Source of the DNA: Candidatus Nanohalobium constans
GTDB taxonomy: Archaea; Nanohalarchaeota; Nanosalinia; Nanosalinales; Nanosalinaceae
Assembly (NCBI RefSeq): GCF_009617975.1
Contig: NZ_CP040089.1
Span: 450,001 to 482,000 of the forward strand
Direction of reading: 5' to 3'
Length of the DNA stretch: 32,000 nt
Numbering within the stretch: position 1 is the stretch's first letter; each line of letters opens with the position of its first letter. Below are positions 24,629-32,000 of the stretch, piece after piece. The notes beneath the pieces are model-generated. The model did not search any database. It saw nothing but the letters and a program-made list of their open reading frames with translations, and was not told the origin of the DNA. A program made the translations under genes and the position numbers.

Positions 24629-25354
24629 ATGAAGGTTCAAACCCAGGATCCAAGAGAGGAAGAGCTGCGTGAAAGAGTCCGGGAAGTAGCTGAAAAATAT
24701 GGTTTGGAGATAGAAAATGAGCTGGACGATGTCGGTGTAAAATACCTCGGCACCTATGTAAACGCACAGACAAGTTTGGAAGGTCCTAAACTGAGGATTG
24801 ATTTTGACTCCCACAACTTCTTCAAGCAGTCAGAGAAGCGGCAGAGAAGAATTATTCTCCACGAACTGATCCATGTCAAGCAGTTCAACAATTCTCTAAG
24901 TGACTGGGCGGAGAACGAGTTCGATGTCTCAGATGAGGTAGCTGAGAAACTGGATGGAACGATTTGGGAGGATGTCAGAAGCGTTGAAGGTGAGACAGAG
25001 TTGTTGCTTTCATCGTTTTTCCCTGAACAGGATAGCAGCTACCCCTATGCACAGAGTTCAAAGGAAAGAGAGTTTGATGGAATAGACCTGGATTCCGAGT
25101 TTGATTCAAACACCGAGGATGAACTAGATGATATAATTGATGAGTACAAGTTGAAGGAAGATTCATGGGACGAAGACGGTCTTTACATAGAGGAAGGGGA
25201 GTTCAAAGGAGTTGAGTACTCCGTCGCGGTCATAGGAAGCTATGAAAGCCCTGAGGAAAAAGTAGACGAATATCTTACCCGGGTACAGGAACCAGATTAC
25301 GGGATTCAAGAAGATTCTTCCGATTACTCGCCTGGCGCCCTCGGAATGATTTAA
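24629..25354 (+). CDS. Acidic protein with a single HExxH motif (putative zinc metallopeptidase-like)
   Basis: RRIILHELIHVKQF is the only recognisable motif. The rest is highly acidic. ATG 24629 is preferred over TTG 24608. Confidence 0.5.
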   Translation: MKVQTQDPREEELRERVREVAEKYGLEIENELDDVGVKYLGTYVNAQTSLEGPKLRIDFDSHNFFKQSEKRQRRIILHELIHVKQFNNSLSDWAENEFDVSDEVAEKLDGTIWEDVRSVEGETELLLSSFFPEQDSSYPYAQSSKEREFDGIDLDSEFDSNTEDELDDIIDEYKLKEDSWDEDGLYIEEGEFKGVEYSVAVIGSYESPEEKVDEYLTRVQEPDYGIQEDSSDYSPGALGMI

Positions 25355-25358
25355 AAAA

Positions 25359-25808
25359 CTAGTTTACCAAGTTATTTTGTTCCTGGTAGCTTTCCTGTGA
25401 GTTAGGATCTAAGGTAAGCCAGATGTTTCCATCACTTTCTTCTTCAACAGTTAAACGATCTTCAACATCCGCAAATGTCTGAACATCATCAGGATTAGTC
25501 CAGTCAGCCCGTTTATCGACAACAGCCTCAATATACCTCTTAATAGATTCACTGTCATAACTAGGAGCTTCAACACTCTCACCCACTAAATCAGTAACAG
25601 CGCCCACAAAACCATCCAAATAATTAGAAACCATGCCCAAACCCTCACGGGGTTGTTCACTGCCCGACATATCATCTTTAGGAACAATAACTGCTTTGCC
25701 TCCCTCACCACGCGAAATAGCTTCGTAAACATCTTCAGCCAACTCCTTATCGTCCCTGACATGCATATAACCCTTATCCAAAGAACCAGACCTCTCAACA
25801 TCCAACAT
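25359..25808 (-). CDS. Hypothetical acidic protein
   Basis: 149-aa ORF with an ATG start and halophile-type composition. It is convergent with the previous gene (4-nt gap). No motif recognised. Confidence 0.5.
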   Translation of the reverse strand: MLDVERSGSLDKGYMHVRDDKELAEDVYEAISRGEGGKAVIVPKDDMSGSEQPREGLGMVSNYLDGFVGAVTDLVGESVEAPSYDSESIKRYIEAVVDKRADWTNPDDVQTFADVEDRLTVEEESDGNIWLTLDPNSQESYQEQNNLVN

Positions 25809-26024
25809 CAGAAACCACCTCTGAAACAGTTAACGTCCTCAAAGATCGAAACTTGTCCAAATACACTACCCAAACATAGAATACAATTCATCATAACCAT
25901 GAATTAGAAAATATGTGTAATACCAATTCTTACAGAACAACATATCCGCAGAAACACATGCAATAAACTGCACCAAAAAACCAAGCCCTCGATCTATAAA
26001 ACAATACAAACAATTCAATCAATC

Positions 26025-26591
26025 ATGGTACTAGAGTATGTAGCACTAGGTGCTGGAGGAGCACTAATCCTCAGCACAGTATACTACTACAACAAAATCG
26101 TCAAACTCGAGAACAGGGTCGACAACGCATGGGCACAGATCGATGTCCAATTAAAGAAAAGAGCTGACCTGGTTCCCAACTTACAGGAAACAGTTGAAGG
26201 ATACATGGAACACGAAAGAGAGATCATGGACAACGTCTCCGAGTCCAGGGAGAGAATGATGAACGCCCAGAGCCAGGAAGAAGAAGTCCAGGCAGGAAAC
26301 GAGATGGGGGAAGCATTGAAGTCTCTGTTCGCAGTAGCAGAAGACTATCCGGATCTAAAAGCCAGTGAAAACTTCCAGCAGCTTCAAGAGGAATTATCCA
26401 GCATTGAAAACAAGATAGCATACGCAAGACAGCACTACAACGACGCAATAATGACATTTAACAACGCTATAGAAACTTTCCCGGCTGTAATGTTTGCAAA
26501 CATTTTCGGAAAAACTGAGAAGGACCAGCTGGAGATTGAAACAGCTGACAAAGAACTACCTGAAGTAGACTTTTCAGACGACAATCAGTGA
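26025..26591 (+). CDS. lemA: LemA-family protein
   Basis: N-terminal TM followed by YYNKIVKLENRVDNAWAQIDVQLKKRADLVPNL....AEDYPDLKASENFQQLQEEL...ENKIAYARQHYNDAIMTFNNAIETFP, the canonical LemA pattern. Confidence 0.88.
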   Translation: MVLEYVALGAGGALILSTVYYYNKIVKLENRVDNAWAQIDVQLKKRADLVPNLQETVEGYMEHEREIMDNVSESRERMMNAQSQEEEVQAGNEMGEALKSLFAVAEDYPDLKASENFQQLQEELSSIENKIAYARQHYNDAIMTFNNAIETFPAVMFANIFGKTEKDQLEIETADKELPEVDFSDDNQ

Positions 26592-26601
26592 TTGAAGTAC
26601 G

Positions 26602-27468
26602 ATGATGCTGGAAGACCAGATCAAGTGGAATAAGAGGAAAAGTTATGCGCTTCTTTTCATAGTTCCACTTATACTGCTGGGACTGATCTTTGTATCAGGC
26701 AGAGTACTTGTTCCTACCGCAAGTCCTTTCCTCATCCTGGCAGCAGGCTCTGGCATCTCAGTACTCTATGTACTTTTCTCATACTTCAAAAGCGACTCAA
26801 TGATCCTACAAGTGGTTGGAGCAGAAGAAGCCTCTGAACAACAGTACAGAAAACTCCACAACCTTGTCGAGGGACTAACAATCTCCTCAGGAATGCCTAA
26901 ACCAGAACTCTACGTACAGGATAAAACCGGTATCAACGCATTCGCCACAGGTAGAAAACCGGAAGACGGTAAAATCTGCGTAACGAAAGGTGCGCTGGAA
27001 AGACTTGATAAAGATGAACTTGAAGGAGTTCTTGCGCACGAACTAGCCCATATCAGGAATAATGATATCTTGTTCATGACGGTTGCAGTCGCCTTAATTG
27101 GTGTAATCAGTATTTTAAGCGAGATACTTCTCCACTCAATGTTTTTCGGAGCTGACGATGATGCACCACCATGGGCAATCGGACTCGGATTCGCACTAGC
27201 TATACTGGCTCCAATATCTGCTCGTCTTGTCCAGCTTGCTATGAGCAGGAAGAGAGAATACCTGGCCGATGCTTCAGGGGCAGAAATGACGCGCTACCCA
27301 GATGGACTAGCAGACGCACTGGAGAAAATCTCCCAGCAAAATTCTAAAATGGATACTAACAAAGCCGTCGCCCACTTGTACTTTTCCAATCCGTTAGGCG
27401 GCGGTAGGCATCTTTTCTCGACTCACCCTCCGCTTGAAGAAAGAGTTGAAAGACTGAGAAGTATGTAG
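26602..27468 (+). CDS. htpX: HtpX-like M48 zinc metalloprotease
   Basis: Two N-terminal TMs, HELAHIRNND (HExxH), two further TMs, a distal REYLAD glutamate motif, and FSTHPPLEERV at the C-terminus. The LemA-HtpX pairing is common. Confidence 0.88.
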   Translation: MMLEDQIKWNKRKSYALLFIVPLILLGLIFVSGRVLVPTASPFLILAAGSGISVLYVLFSYFKSDSMILQVVGAEEASEQQYRKLHNLVEGLTISSGMPKPELYVQDKTGINAFATGRKPEDGKICVTKGALERLDKDELEGVLAHELAHIRNNDILFMTVAVALIGVISILSEILLHSMFFGADDDAPPWAIGLGFALAILAPISARLVQLAMSRKREYLADASGAEMTRYPDGLADALEKISQQNSKMDTNKAVAHLYFSNPLGGGRHLFSTHPPLEERVERLRSM

Positions 27469-27486
27469 AATTTGTTTAATTTTAGT

Positions 27487-27720
27487 TCAGTCTGCAGGTG
27501 CCTCTATTCTGCCTGGTTGTTGATCTGTGTGGTTTTCAGGTATAGACTCCAAATATTCTTCTGAGACAATTTCAAGATTGGCACGATCACCGTTGTCCTC
27601 AATATCAAGTCGACTTATAATCTCGTTGTATTGGTCTCTTCCTACAGATAGTTCGATTTCTCTCTGCAAACTGCTTCTTAATTGTTCTTCATCAGTTCTA
27701 TCGGAGGTGAGGTATTCCAC
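27487..27720 (-). CDS. Hypothetical acidic protein; possibly the 3' part of a frame-disrupted gene
   Basis: The 77-aa ORF has only a GTG start. Its frame is open upstream to 27780 without an ATG and overlaps the end of the 27759..27878 ORF in another frame. Confidence 0.4.
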   Translation of the reverse strand: MEYLTSDRTDEEQLRSSLQREIELSVGRDQYNEIISRLDIEDNGDRANLEIVSEEYLESIPENHTDQQPGRIEAPAD

Positions 27721-27758
27721 GACACTTCCAACTAAACCTTTGGAACCCTCATCGTAAA

Positions 27759-27878
27759 CTACACTGGTCTCACCAAATCCCTAGTTTCATATGTTCTCAA
27801 GATATCATCGGCTAAATTGCCGATTTCATCCAATCTGTAAGCAGAGTCCAAGTCGCTATCAGTATTATGGATGTCCAT
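27759..27878 (-). CDS. 39-aa acidic ORF; possibly the 5' part of the same disrupted gene
   Basis: ATG..TAG: MDIHNTDSDLDSAYRLDEIGNLADDILRTYETRDLVRPV. Its composition matches the downstream ORF. It is below the track cut-off. Confidence 0.3.
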   Translation of the reverse strand: MDIHNTDSDLDSAYRLDEIGNLADDILRTYETRDLVRPV

Positions 27879-28102
27879 TAGTTCGCACCTCCATACTCTG
27901 CCAGAACCGATTTTTTCCGTGAGAAACCATGCTTCAAAGTACAGTCAAAGAGTAGCATCTTATCCATAACATGTGCAGGTTTAGACTGCCATATAATACC
28001 TTTTTATACAATAAACCATATTTGTACACTTTTCTACACTATTAACTGACAAATAATAGGCTTGGATTTTGGCACAGTCTGTCAACGCTAAGCGTTATCT
28101 AA

Positions 28103-28795
28103 TCAGCAATCTTCATAATCAACTTCTGCGGGACAAGTCACGTTTACTGCTAGAACATCTAAACTAGTCTTTTCAGCCTCTACCAGTCCGTAAACAGTCT
28201 CTATGGTGTACTCTCTTTCGCCTGTGAAATTAGCCCAGACTGTTGCCACATCATCTTCACGCAAATCTCCATGCTCGTTCAACCAAAAACTGTGGTCATT
28301 CATCCCATCATGTACTTCCAGGATAACGCCTGGCTCGGTCTTTTCAGGATACGACTCTATAATCCTGCCCTCCAACCTGTAAATATTCCCCATATACCGG
28401 TCATCAACATTGCCTGTATCTGAAAGTTCACTGATCGAATAATTCTTCTCACTGAGATTTACAGTTTGATCCAGAACCTCAGTAAAATTCATCTCATCAC
28501 CTTGAGCTGGTGCCTCCGCTGTCTTTGAAGAGATTCCACCAAGCACAGTTGTCAATACTAACCCGGTTATTGCCACTCCGATAAGCAACCACCTCGAGAA
28601 CTCTAAGTCATATCTCTCCCTAATCATCTGACGCGATTTCGGCGTTACAACAACAGCAACAACCAACGCAATTAAACCAGCAAACATGTTAGAAAGTGAC
28701 AACAGGATTAATCCATAAATAAATTCCATTAATCCAACTAACAGGAAAAATCCACCTGTCAACCATGCTAGAACCTTTGAAACTGTGACTTCCAT
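28103..28795 (-). CDS. Hypothetical membrane protein (3 N-terminal TM segments, extracytoplasmic C-terminal domain)
   Basis: 230-aa ORF with an ATG start. No family recognised. A short hairpin AACGC-TAA-GCGTT lies just past the stop. Confidence 0.55.
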   Translation of the reverse strand: MEVTVSKVLAWLTGGFFLLVGLMEFIYGLILLSLSNMFAGLIALVVAVVVTPKSRQMIRERYDLEFSRWLLIGVAITGLVLTTVLGGISSKTAEAPAQGDEMNFTEVLDQTVNLSEKNYSISELSDTGNVDDRYMGNIYRLEGRIIESYPEKTEPGVILEVHDGMNDHSFWLNEHGDLREDDVATVWANFTGEREYTIETVYGLVEAEKTSLDVLAVNVTCPAEVDYEDC

Positions 28796-28896
28796 GACAT
28801 CAAATTAACTGATTTAAATTTATATCCTCATAACCTCATTCAACTCAAAATCAACGAAAGCAGTAACAATGGCAGTGGTAAAGGCAAACCCGTATA

Positions 28897-29025
28897 TGGT
28901 CCACCCGGGATTCGAACCCGGGACCGCCGCCTCACTTATGGAGAGGCAACACACAGGTCTTTCGACTAGGTTTTCTGTGTGAGGTCCTTATAAGGACGGT
29001 GCTCTAACCCCTGAGCTAGTGGACC
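28897..29025 (-). tRNA. Intron-containing tRNA, spliced anticodon UAU (tRNA-Ile); 73-nt mature, 56-nt intron at 37/38 (28933..28988)
   Basis: Reverse complement GGTCCAC-TA-GCTC-AGGGGTTA-GAGC-A-CCGTC-CTTATA|intron|A-GGCGG-CGGTC-CCGGG-TTCGAAT-CCCGG-GTGGACC-A. The acceptor, D and T stems are perfect. Exon nt 32-35 (CTTA) pair with intron nt 51-54 (TAAG) as a 4-bp helix, flanked by 3-nt bulges TA|A and TG|A, i.e. a BHB motif. The outer intron helix is slightly relaxed. Confidence 0.75.
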
Positions 29026-29076
29026 CGAGAGGTTGTATAGAATGGGTTCGGGTGTAATCCTAAAAAAGGCTTTGAG

Positions 29077-30417
29077 TTAGTCTGGTTTTTTCTTGTTGGG
29101 CGTGTGGTCTATTGGTGTCTGCATTTTTCCGGGTAGTTTGAAGTCTGCGATTACTTGGAGTCGTTCTGGTCCTTCTCCGGGGCGGTGCTGATCTGATCCC
29201 GGGATAAATGTGTCTAGGTTTTCCCACAGGATGGAAGGAGGATATCTTTCTGCGTGTTTGCCGCCGATTTCTGGTATGTAGTTTTCTGCATTTTTAGCTG
29301 CGTCTATAAATGGCTGCCAGAATTCAAGTAATGCTTCTTCTGGGTAGAGGCTGTTCATCTCTTCATCTGTCACTGCTAGCTCTACAAACTCTTCAAACTT
29401 GTTTTCAACTGGTTCTGAAACTTTTTCTACTGCTTGGTTGTCTATGCTGCTGTGTTCTATGAATTCCCGTATCTCGTTTTCGGCTTTTGGTTTTTGGAAA
29501 ACTTTCATTAGTTCTGAGCTTCTTTCGGGCAGTGCTGGGTGTGCTCCTGAGACAGTTACCTCGTATTCTTGAACTGCTGGCGCTAATTTTTCTGCTACTG
29601 CTATGAGTTTTTCCCGGTACTTCTTCCAGACCTCCTTTTTCTGATCTGTCGTTAATTCTTCGAATGGCTCATCTTTCTTAACATATCTAAACTGGTCTTC
29701 GATGTATACATCGTGAACTGCCTGGTTCAGATGATTTATTGGAGCATTCTCCGATTCTGAGTTCTCCAGGAATTCGCATATGTTCTCTACATAGTTGTCA
29801 ATATCCTGTTCTTTGATCCTGGTTCTCCCATTTTCCGGGTTGAAATCTGTCTCCGCTGCATTAAATATAATCATCCCATAGTTCAGTGCACATGTTTCAC
29901 GAAGCTCTCTTATCGAATAGTCTCCCTCCACCTCTCTCAGAATCTCCATATCTTCCCTAACTTTCTCTTTATCTGCGTTCTCCCAGAGCACGATACCGGC
30001 GTCATCTTTACTGCTAGGAATCTCTCCATCTTCAACTACCTCAGTTATCGCTTCATCATACCGATCCGAGAACACCTCTGAAACAGAAATATCTGATTCT
30101 GCATTATCTCCTATGACATCATGTTTATTGTAGAAGGCGGAAGAGTATTCCTTAGGTTCTTCACCGACATTTACATGGTCGGAAACACCTTTCATGTATA
30201 CTCCTTCTTCATAAGCCTCTACAACTACATCTATAACAGGTTGCCTTCCATCAGAGTAATTTGTTTGAGTGTGCAAATCAACTATCTGCTCTAAAGAATA
30301 AGATTCTTCTCCGGTCTCCTCCACAGTTTCAGCGTCAGAGAGACCTATACTCACTTCATCCTCAGGCACCCATGTATATCCAGTACTTCGAATTTTTTTC
30401 TCAGAGGAAGAAACCAT
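29077..30417 (-). CDS. PHP-domain-like protein with large acidic insertions
   Basis: IVDLHTQTNYSDGRQ (PHP motif I, but the second His is Gln), GVSDHVNVG, SGAHPALPE and GSDQHRPGE resemble the His/Asp motifs of HisJ/PHP phosphoesterases. 446 aa. TATA-like aaatataa lies about 25-30 nt upstream of the ATG. Confidence 0.55.
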   Translation of the reverse strand: MVSSSEKKIRSTGYTWVPEDEVSIGLSDAETVEETGEESYSLEQIVDLHTQTNYSDGRQPVIDVVVEAYEEGVYMKGVSDHVNVGEEPKEYSSAFYNKHDVIGDNAESDISVSEVFSDRYDEAITEVVEDGEIPSSKDDAGIVLWENADKEKVREDMEILREVEGDYSIRELRETCALNYGMIIFNAAETDFNPENGRTRIKEQDIDNYVENICEFLENSESENAPINHLNQAVHDVYIEDQFRYVKKDEPFEELTTDQKKEVWKKYREKLIAVAEKLAPAVQEYEVTVSGAHPALPERSSELMKVFQKPKAENEIREFIEHSSIDNQAVEKVSEPVENKFEEFVELAVTDEEMNSLYPEEALLEFWQPFIDAAKNAENYIPEIGGKHAERYPPSILWENLDTFIPGSDQHRPGEGPERLQVIADFKLPGKMQTPIDHTPNKKKPD

Positions 30418-30557
30418 TACTGTTCTCTTGGAGGTTTGAAAGTTATATTTACTCGCATCTTACAAATTGAATCTAACAATAAACAGCCACGGATCAGGTT
30501 AATAAATCTTCCAAGAGAAAGGCTTTGTATGAATTCTAAACAAGGTGTAGTTAGGTA

Positions 30558-31265
30558 ATGCAGATGACTAATCAGCAGCAACAGTATGATCGTGGAATCA
30601 CAATCTTCTCACCAGACGGAAGACTATTCCAGGTAGAATACGCAAAAGAAGCAGTTAAGAAAGGAGCAACAGCTCTAGGGATAACATACGACGAAGGAAC
30701 AGTCCTGGCAGCAACAAGAAGCACGCCAGAGCTCCAGGTCAGAAACCCGGAGAAAGTATTCAAAGTGGATGAACACCTTGGAATCGCAACATCGGGACTT
30801 GTAGCAGATGGGAGAAAACTTGTTGATGAAGCAAGGAATGAAGCACAGAAACACATGATGACATACGACGAAGAAATCCCAACAAGTGTCTTAGCGAAGT
30901 TCATCGCTGACAGATGTCAGCACTTCACACAGTACGGAGGAGTAAGACCTTACGGGCTCTCCACAATCACAGGAGGAATCAAAGACGGGAACCCAAAGGT
31001 CTACCACACCGACCCATCAGGAACACTCAACCAGTGGAACGCAATCGCAATCGGAAAAGGAAGAGAAGAAGCAAACGAACACCTAGAAGACGAATGGGAG
31101 AGAGATCTGAGTGAAGACGAAGCAATCGACCTAGCAGTCTCCGCACTTAAAGAAGGCGAAGAAGACATCGAACTGGAAAACATCGAACTCTCAGTAGTCG
31201 ATGAAAAAGACAACTTCCAAAGATTCACTCCGGAAGACCTCGACGAAAAAGGAGTCGAATTCTAA
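30558..31265 (+). CDS. psmA: Proteasome subunit alpha
   Basis: YDRGITIFSPDGRLFQVEYA N-terminal signature, GIATSGLVADGR, a full alpha-subunit length of 235 aa, and an acidic C-terminal tail. Confidence 0.93.
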   Translation: MQMTNQQQQYDRGITIFSPDGRLFQVEYAKEAVKKGATALGITYDEGTVLAATRSTPELQVRNPEKVFKVDEHLGIATSGLVADGRKLVDEARNEAQKHMMTYDEEIPTSVLAKFIADRCQHFTQYGGVRPYGLSTITGGIKDGNPKVYHTDPSGTLNQWNAIAIGKGREEANEHLEDEWERDLSEDEAIDLAVSALKEGEEDIELENIELSVVDEKDNFQRFTPEDLDEKGVEF

Positions 31266-31328
31266 ACACATATTTTCTCTTAATTTTTTCTCCAAAACTC
31301 TTTATTCGAGCATAATTAGTTTCCAACT

Positions 31329-31733
31329 ATGGATATCTGGCATCCAACTGTTCAAGATGTATTGACTGCACATGAAGTTGTTAAGGCAAATTCTGAGGTT
31401 CGAACAGAAGGACTGAAATCATCCCAGGAGAAAGGCATCAAGAAGATTCAAGAAACTCTTCAAAAAGCTCGAAATCAGGAGAATGTTTATCTATCAGCTG
31501 CTGTGTACCTAAAGAAACTTATTGATGAACATCCGTTCAATGATGGTAATAAAAGAACAGCAATAATGATTGCCGACCGATTCATGGAAGAGAACGGAGA
31601 AAGTTTTCAGCCCCATAAGGTACAAAACACTGAGGAACTATATGAGACAATAAAGTGGGAACTGCCCTCAATGAGTATTGATGAAACAGCTCACTGGATT
31701 GAAACAGGTGAAATCAAAGATGCCAACACTTGA
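31329..31733 (+). CDS. Doc/Fic-family toxin-like protein
   Basis: HPFNDGNKRTA matches the Doc-type Fic motif H.F.(D/N)(A/G)NKR, and the length (134 aa) is Doc-like. Confidence 0.78.
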   Translation: MDIWHPTVQDVLTAHEVVKANSEVRTEGLKSSQEKGIKKIQETLQKARNQENVYLSAAVYLKKLIDEHPFNDGNKRTAIMIADRFMEENGESFQPHKVQNTEELYETIKWELPSMSIDETAHWIETGEIKDANT

Positions 31734-31830
31734 CACTGAAGCAGAAGAAGCCAACAAATGGCTTAACTCCAGAAGAAAGTTTCAAGAAATAGCTGACAAG
31801 TACAAAGACCTTTTCAAAAAACTGGAATAA
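31720..31830 (+). CDS. 36-aa ORF overlapping the 3' end of the Doc gene (candidate partner or antitoxin; speculative)
   Basis: ATG..TAA: MPTLDTEAEEANKWLNSRRKFQEIADKYKDLFKKLE. It overlaps Doc by 14 nt in another frame and looks helical and amphipathic. It is below the track cut-off. Confidence 0.35.
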   Translation: MPTLDTEAEEANKWLNSRRKFQEIADKYKDLFKKLE

Positions 31831-31878
31831 GCAGATTTTCCCAAAAACTGTTAAGCCCTAGTCACTAGTTCCTTCTAT

Positions 31879-32000
31879 ATGAGTCAGCAGGGAAACGTCG
31901 GCGGTGAAGGCCATAAAGGATCTGGAGAACAGGAAGGAATAGATACATCGGACGCGATAAGAATAAGATATGATGATGGCAAAACTTTTGAGATATTAGT
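31879..32000 (+). CDS. Start of an unidentified ORF running off the window
   Basis: ATG at 31879. MSQQGNVGGEGHKGSGEQEGIDTSDAIRIRYDDGKTFEIL is open to the window end. Too short to classify. Confidence 0.3.
   Translation, partial: MSQQGNVGGEGHKGSGEQEGIDTSDAIRIRYDDGKTFEIL

Noticed and set aside
27879-28102. 29-aa basic ORF (MDKMLLFDCTLKHGFSRKKSVLAEYGGAN) whose stop overlaps the ATG at 27878 (TAATG).
   Set aside because: It is very short, has no motif, and its composition is unlike the neighbouring genes. It may be a leader region rather than a gene. Not reported as a feature.
28897-29025. Alternative reading of the intron-containing tRNA as a CAU (Met/Ile2) tRNA, using the CCATAA sequence near the 3' end of the intervening region.
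   Set aside because: Any model using that CAT needs a 9-nt anticodon loop or a mismatched stem, and it leaves about 20 extra nucleotides in the 5' half. The 37/38 intron model gives a perfect 73-nt cloverleaf and a canonical 4-bp BHB helix.
1-32000. CRISPR arrays, rRNA genes, transposases or IS elements, and long tandem or inverted repeats.
   Set aside because: Reading the intergenic regions showed no regularly spaced direct repeats, no rRNA-like conserved blocks and no transposase or integrase motifs. Only short palindromes and low-complexity coding repeats were found.

Overview
The window is a gene-dense stretch of archaeal chromosome. Archaeal markers are TFB, proteasome alpha subunit, class I LysRS and a tRNA with a bulge-helix-bulge (BHB) intron. 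By eye it has low-to-moderate GC and strongly acidic (D/E-rich) predicted proteins. That combination suggests a low-GC extreme halophile such as a nanohaloarchaeon-like DPANN lineage; this is an inference, not a database result. All product calls come from motif recognition in the supplied translations; no homology search was run.

Content:
- About 45 CDS. Housekeeping genes: partial SOD, D-2-hydroxyacid dehydrogenase, ABC ATPase and permease, TraB, rhomboid, ProRS, class I and class II LysRS, M50 site-2 protease, 2Fe-2S ferredoxin, TFB, HAD hydrolase, DapA-family lyase, Lrp/AsnC, metallophosphoesterase, LemA and HtpX, PHP-like protein, PsmA.
- Two toxin-antitoxin-like modules (RelE/RHH and Doc) and several membrane, acidic or small zinc-binding hypotheticals.
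- Three tRNA genes: Pro-UGG, Ala-GGC, and an intron-containing tRNA whose spliced anticodon reads UAU.
- I saw no rRNA, CRISPR array, transposase or integrase.

Most notable observations:
1. Class I and class II LysRS lie about 7 kb apart.
2. An endonuclease V C-terminal remnant sits directly beside the class II lysS, which reads like an insertion or deletion scar.
3. The ProRS is bacterial-type, lacks the INS editing domain, carries a Cys4 insert, and is followed by a tRNA-Pro with a mismatched T-stem.
4. A tRNA-Ile(UAU) has a 56-nt canonical-position intron.
5. A GC-rich structured island ends in a 15-nt copy of both acceptor strands of the tRNA-Pro, and it bounds a small TA cassette.

I cannot point to one clear multi-gene novel system.
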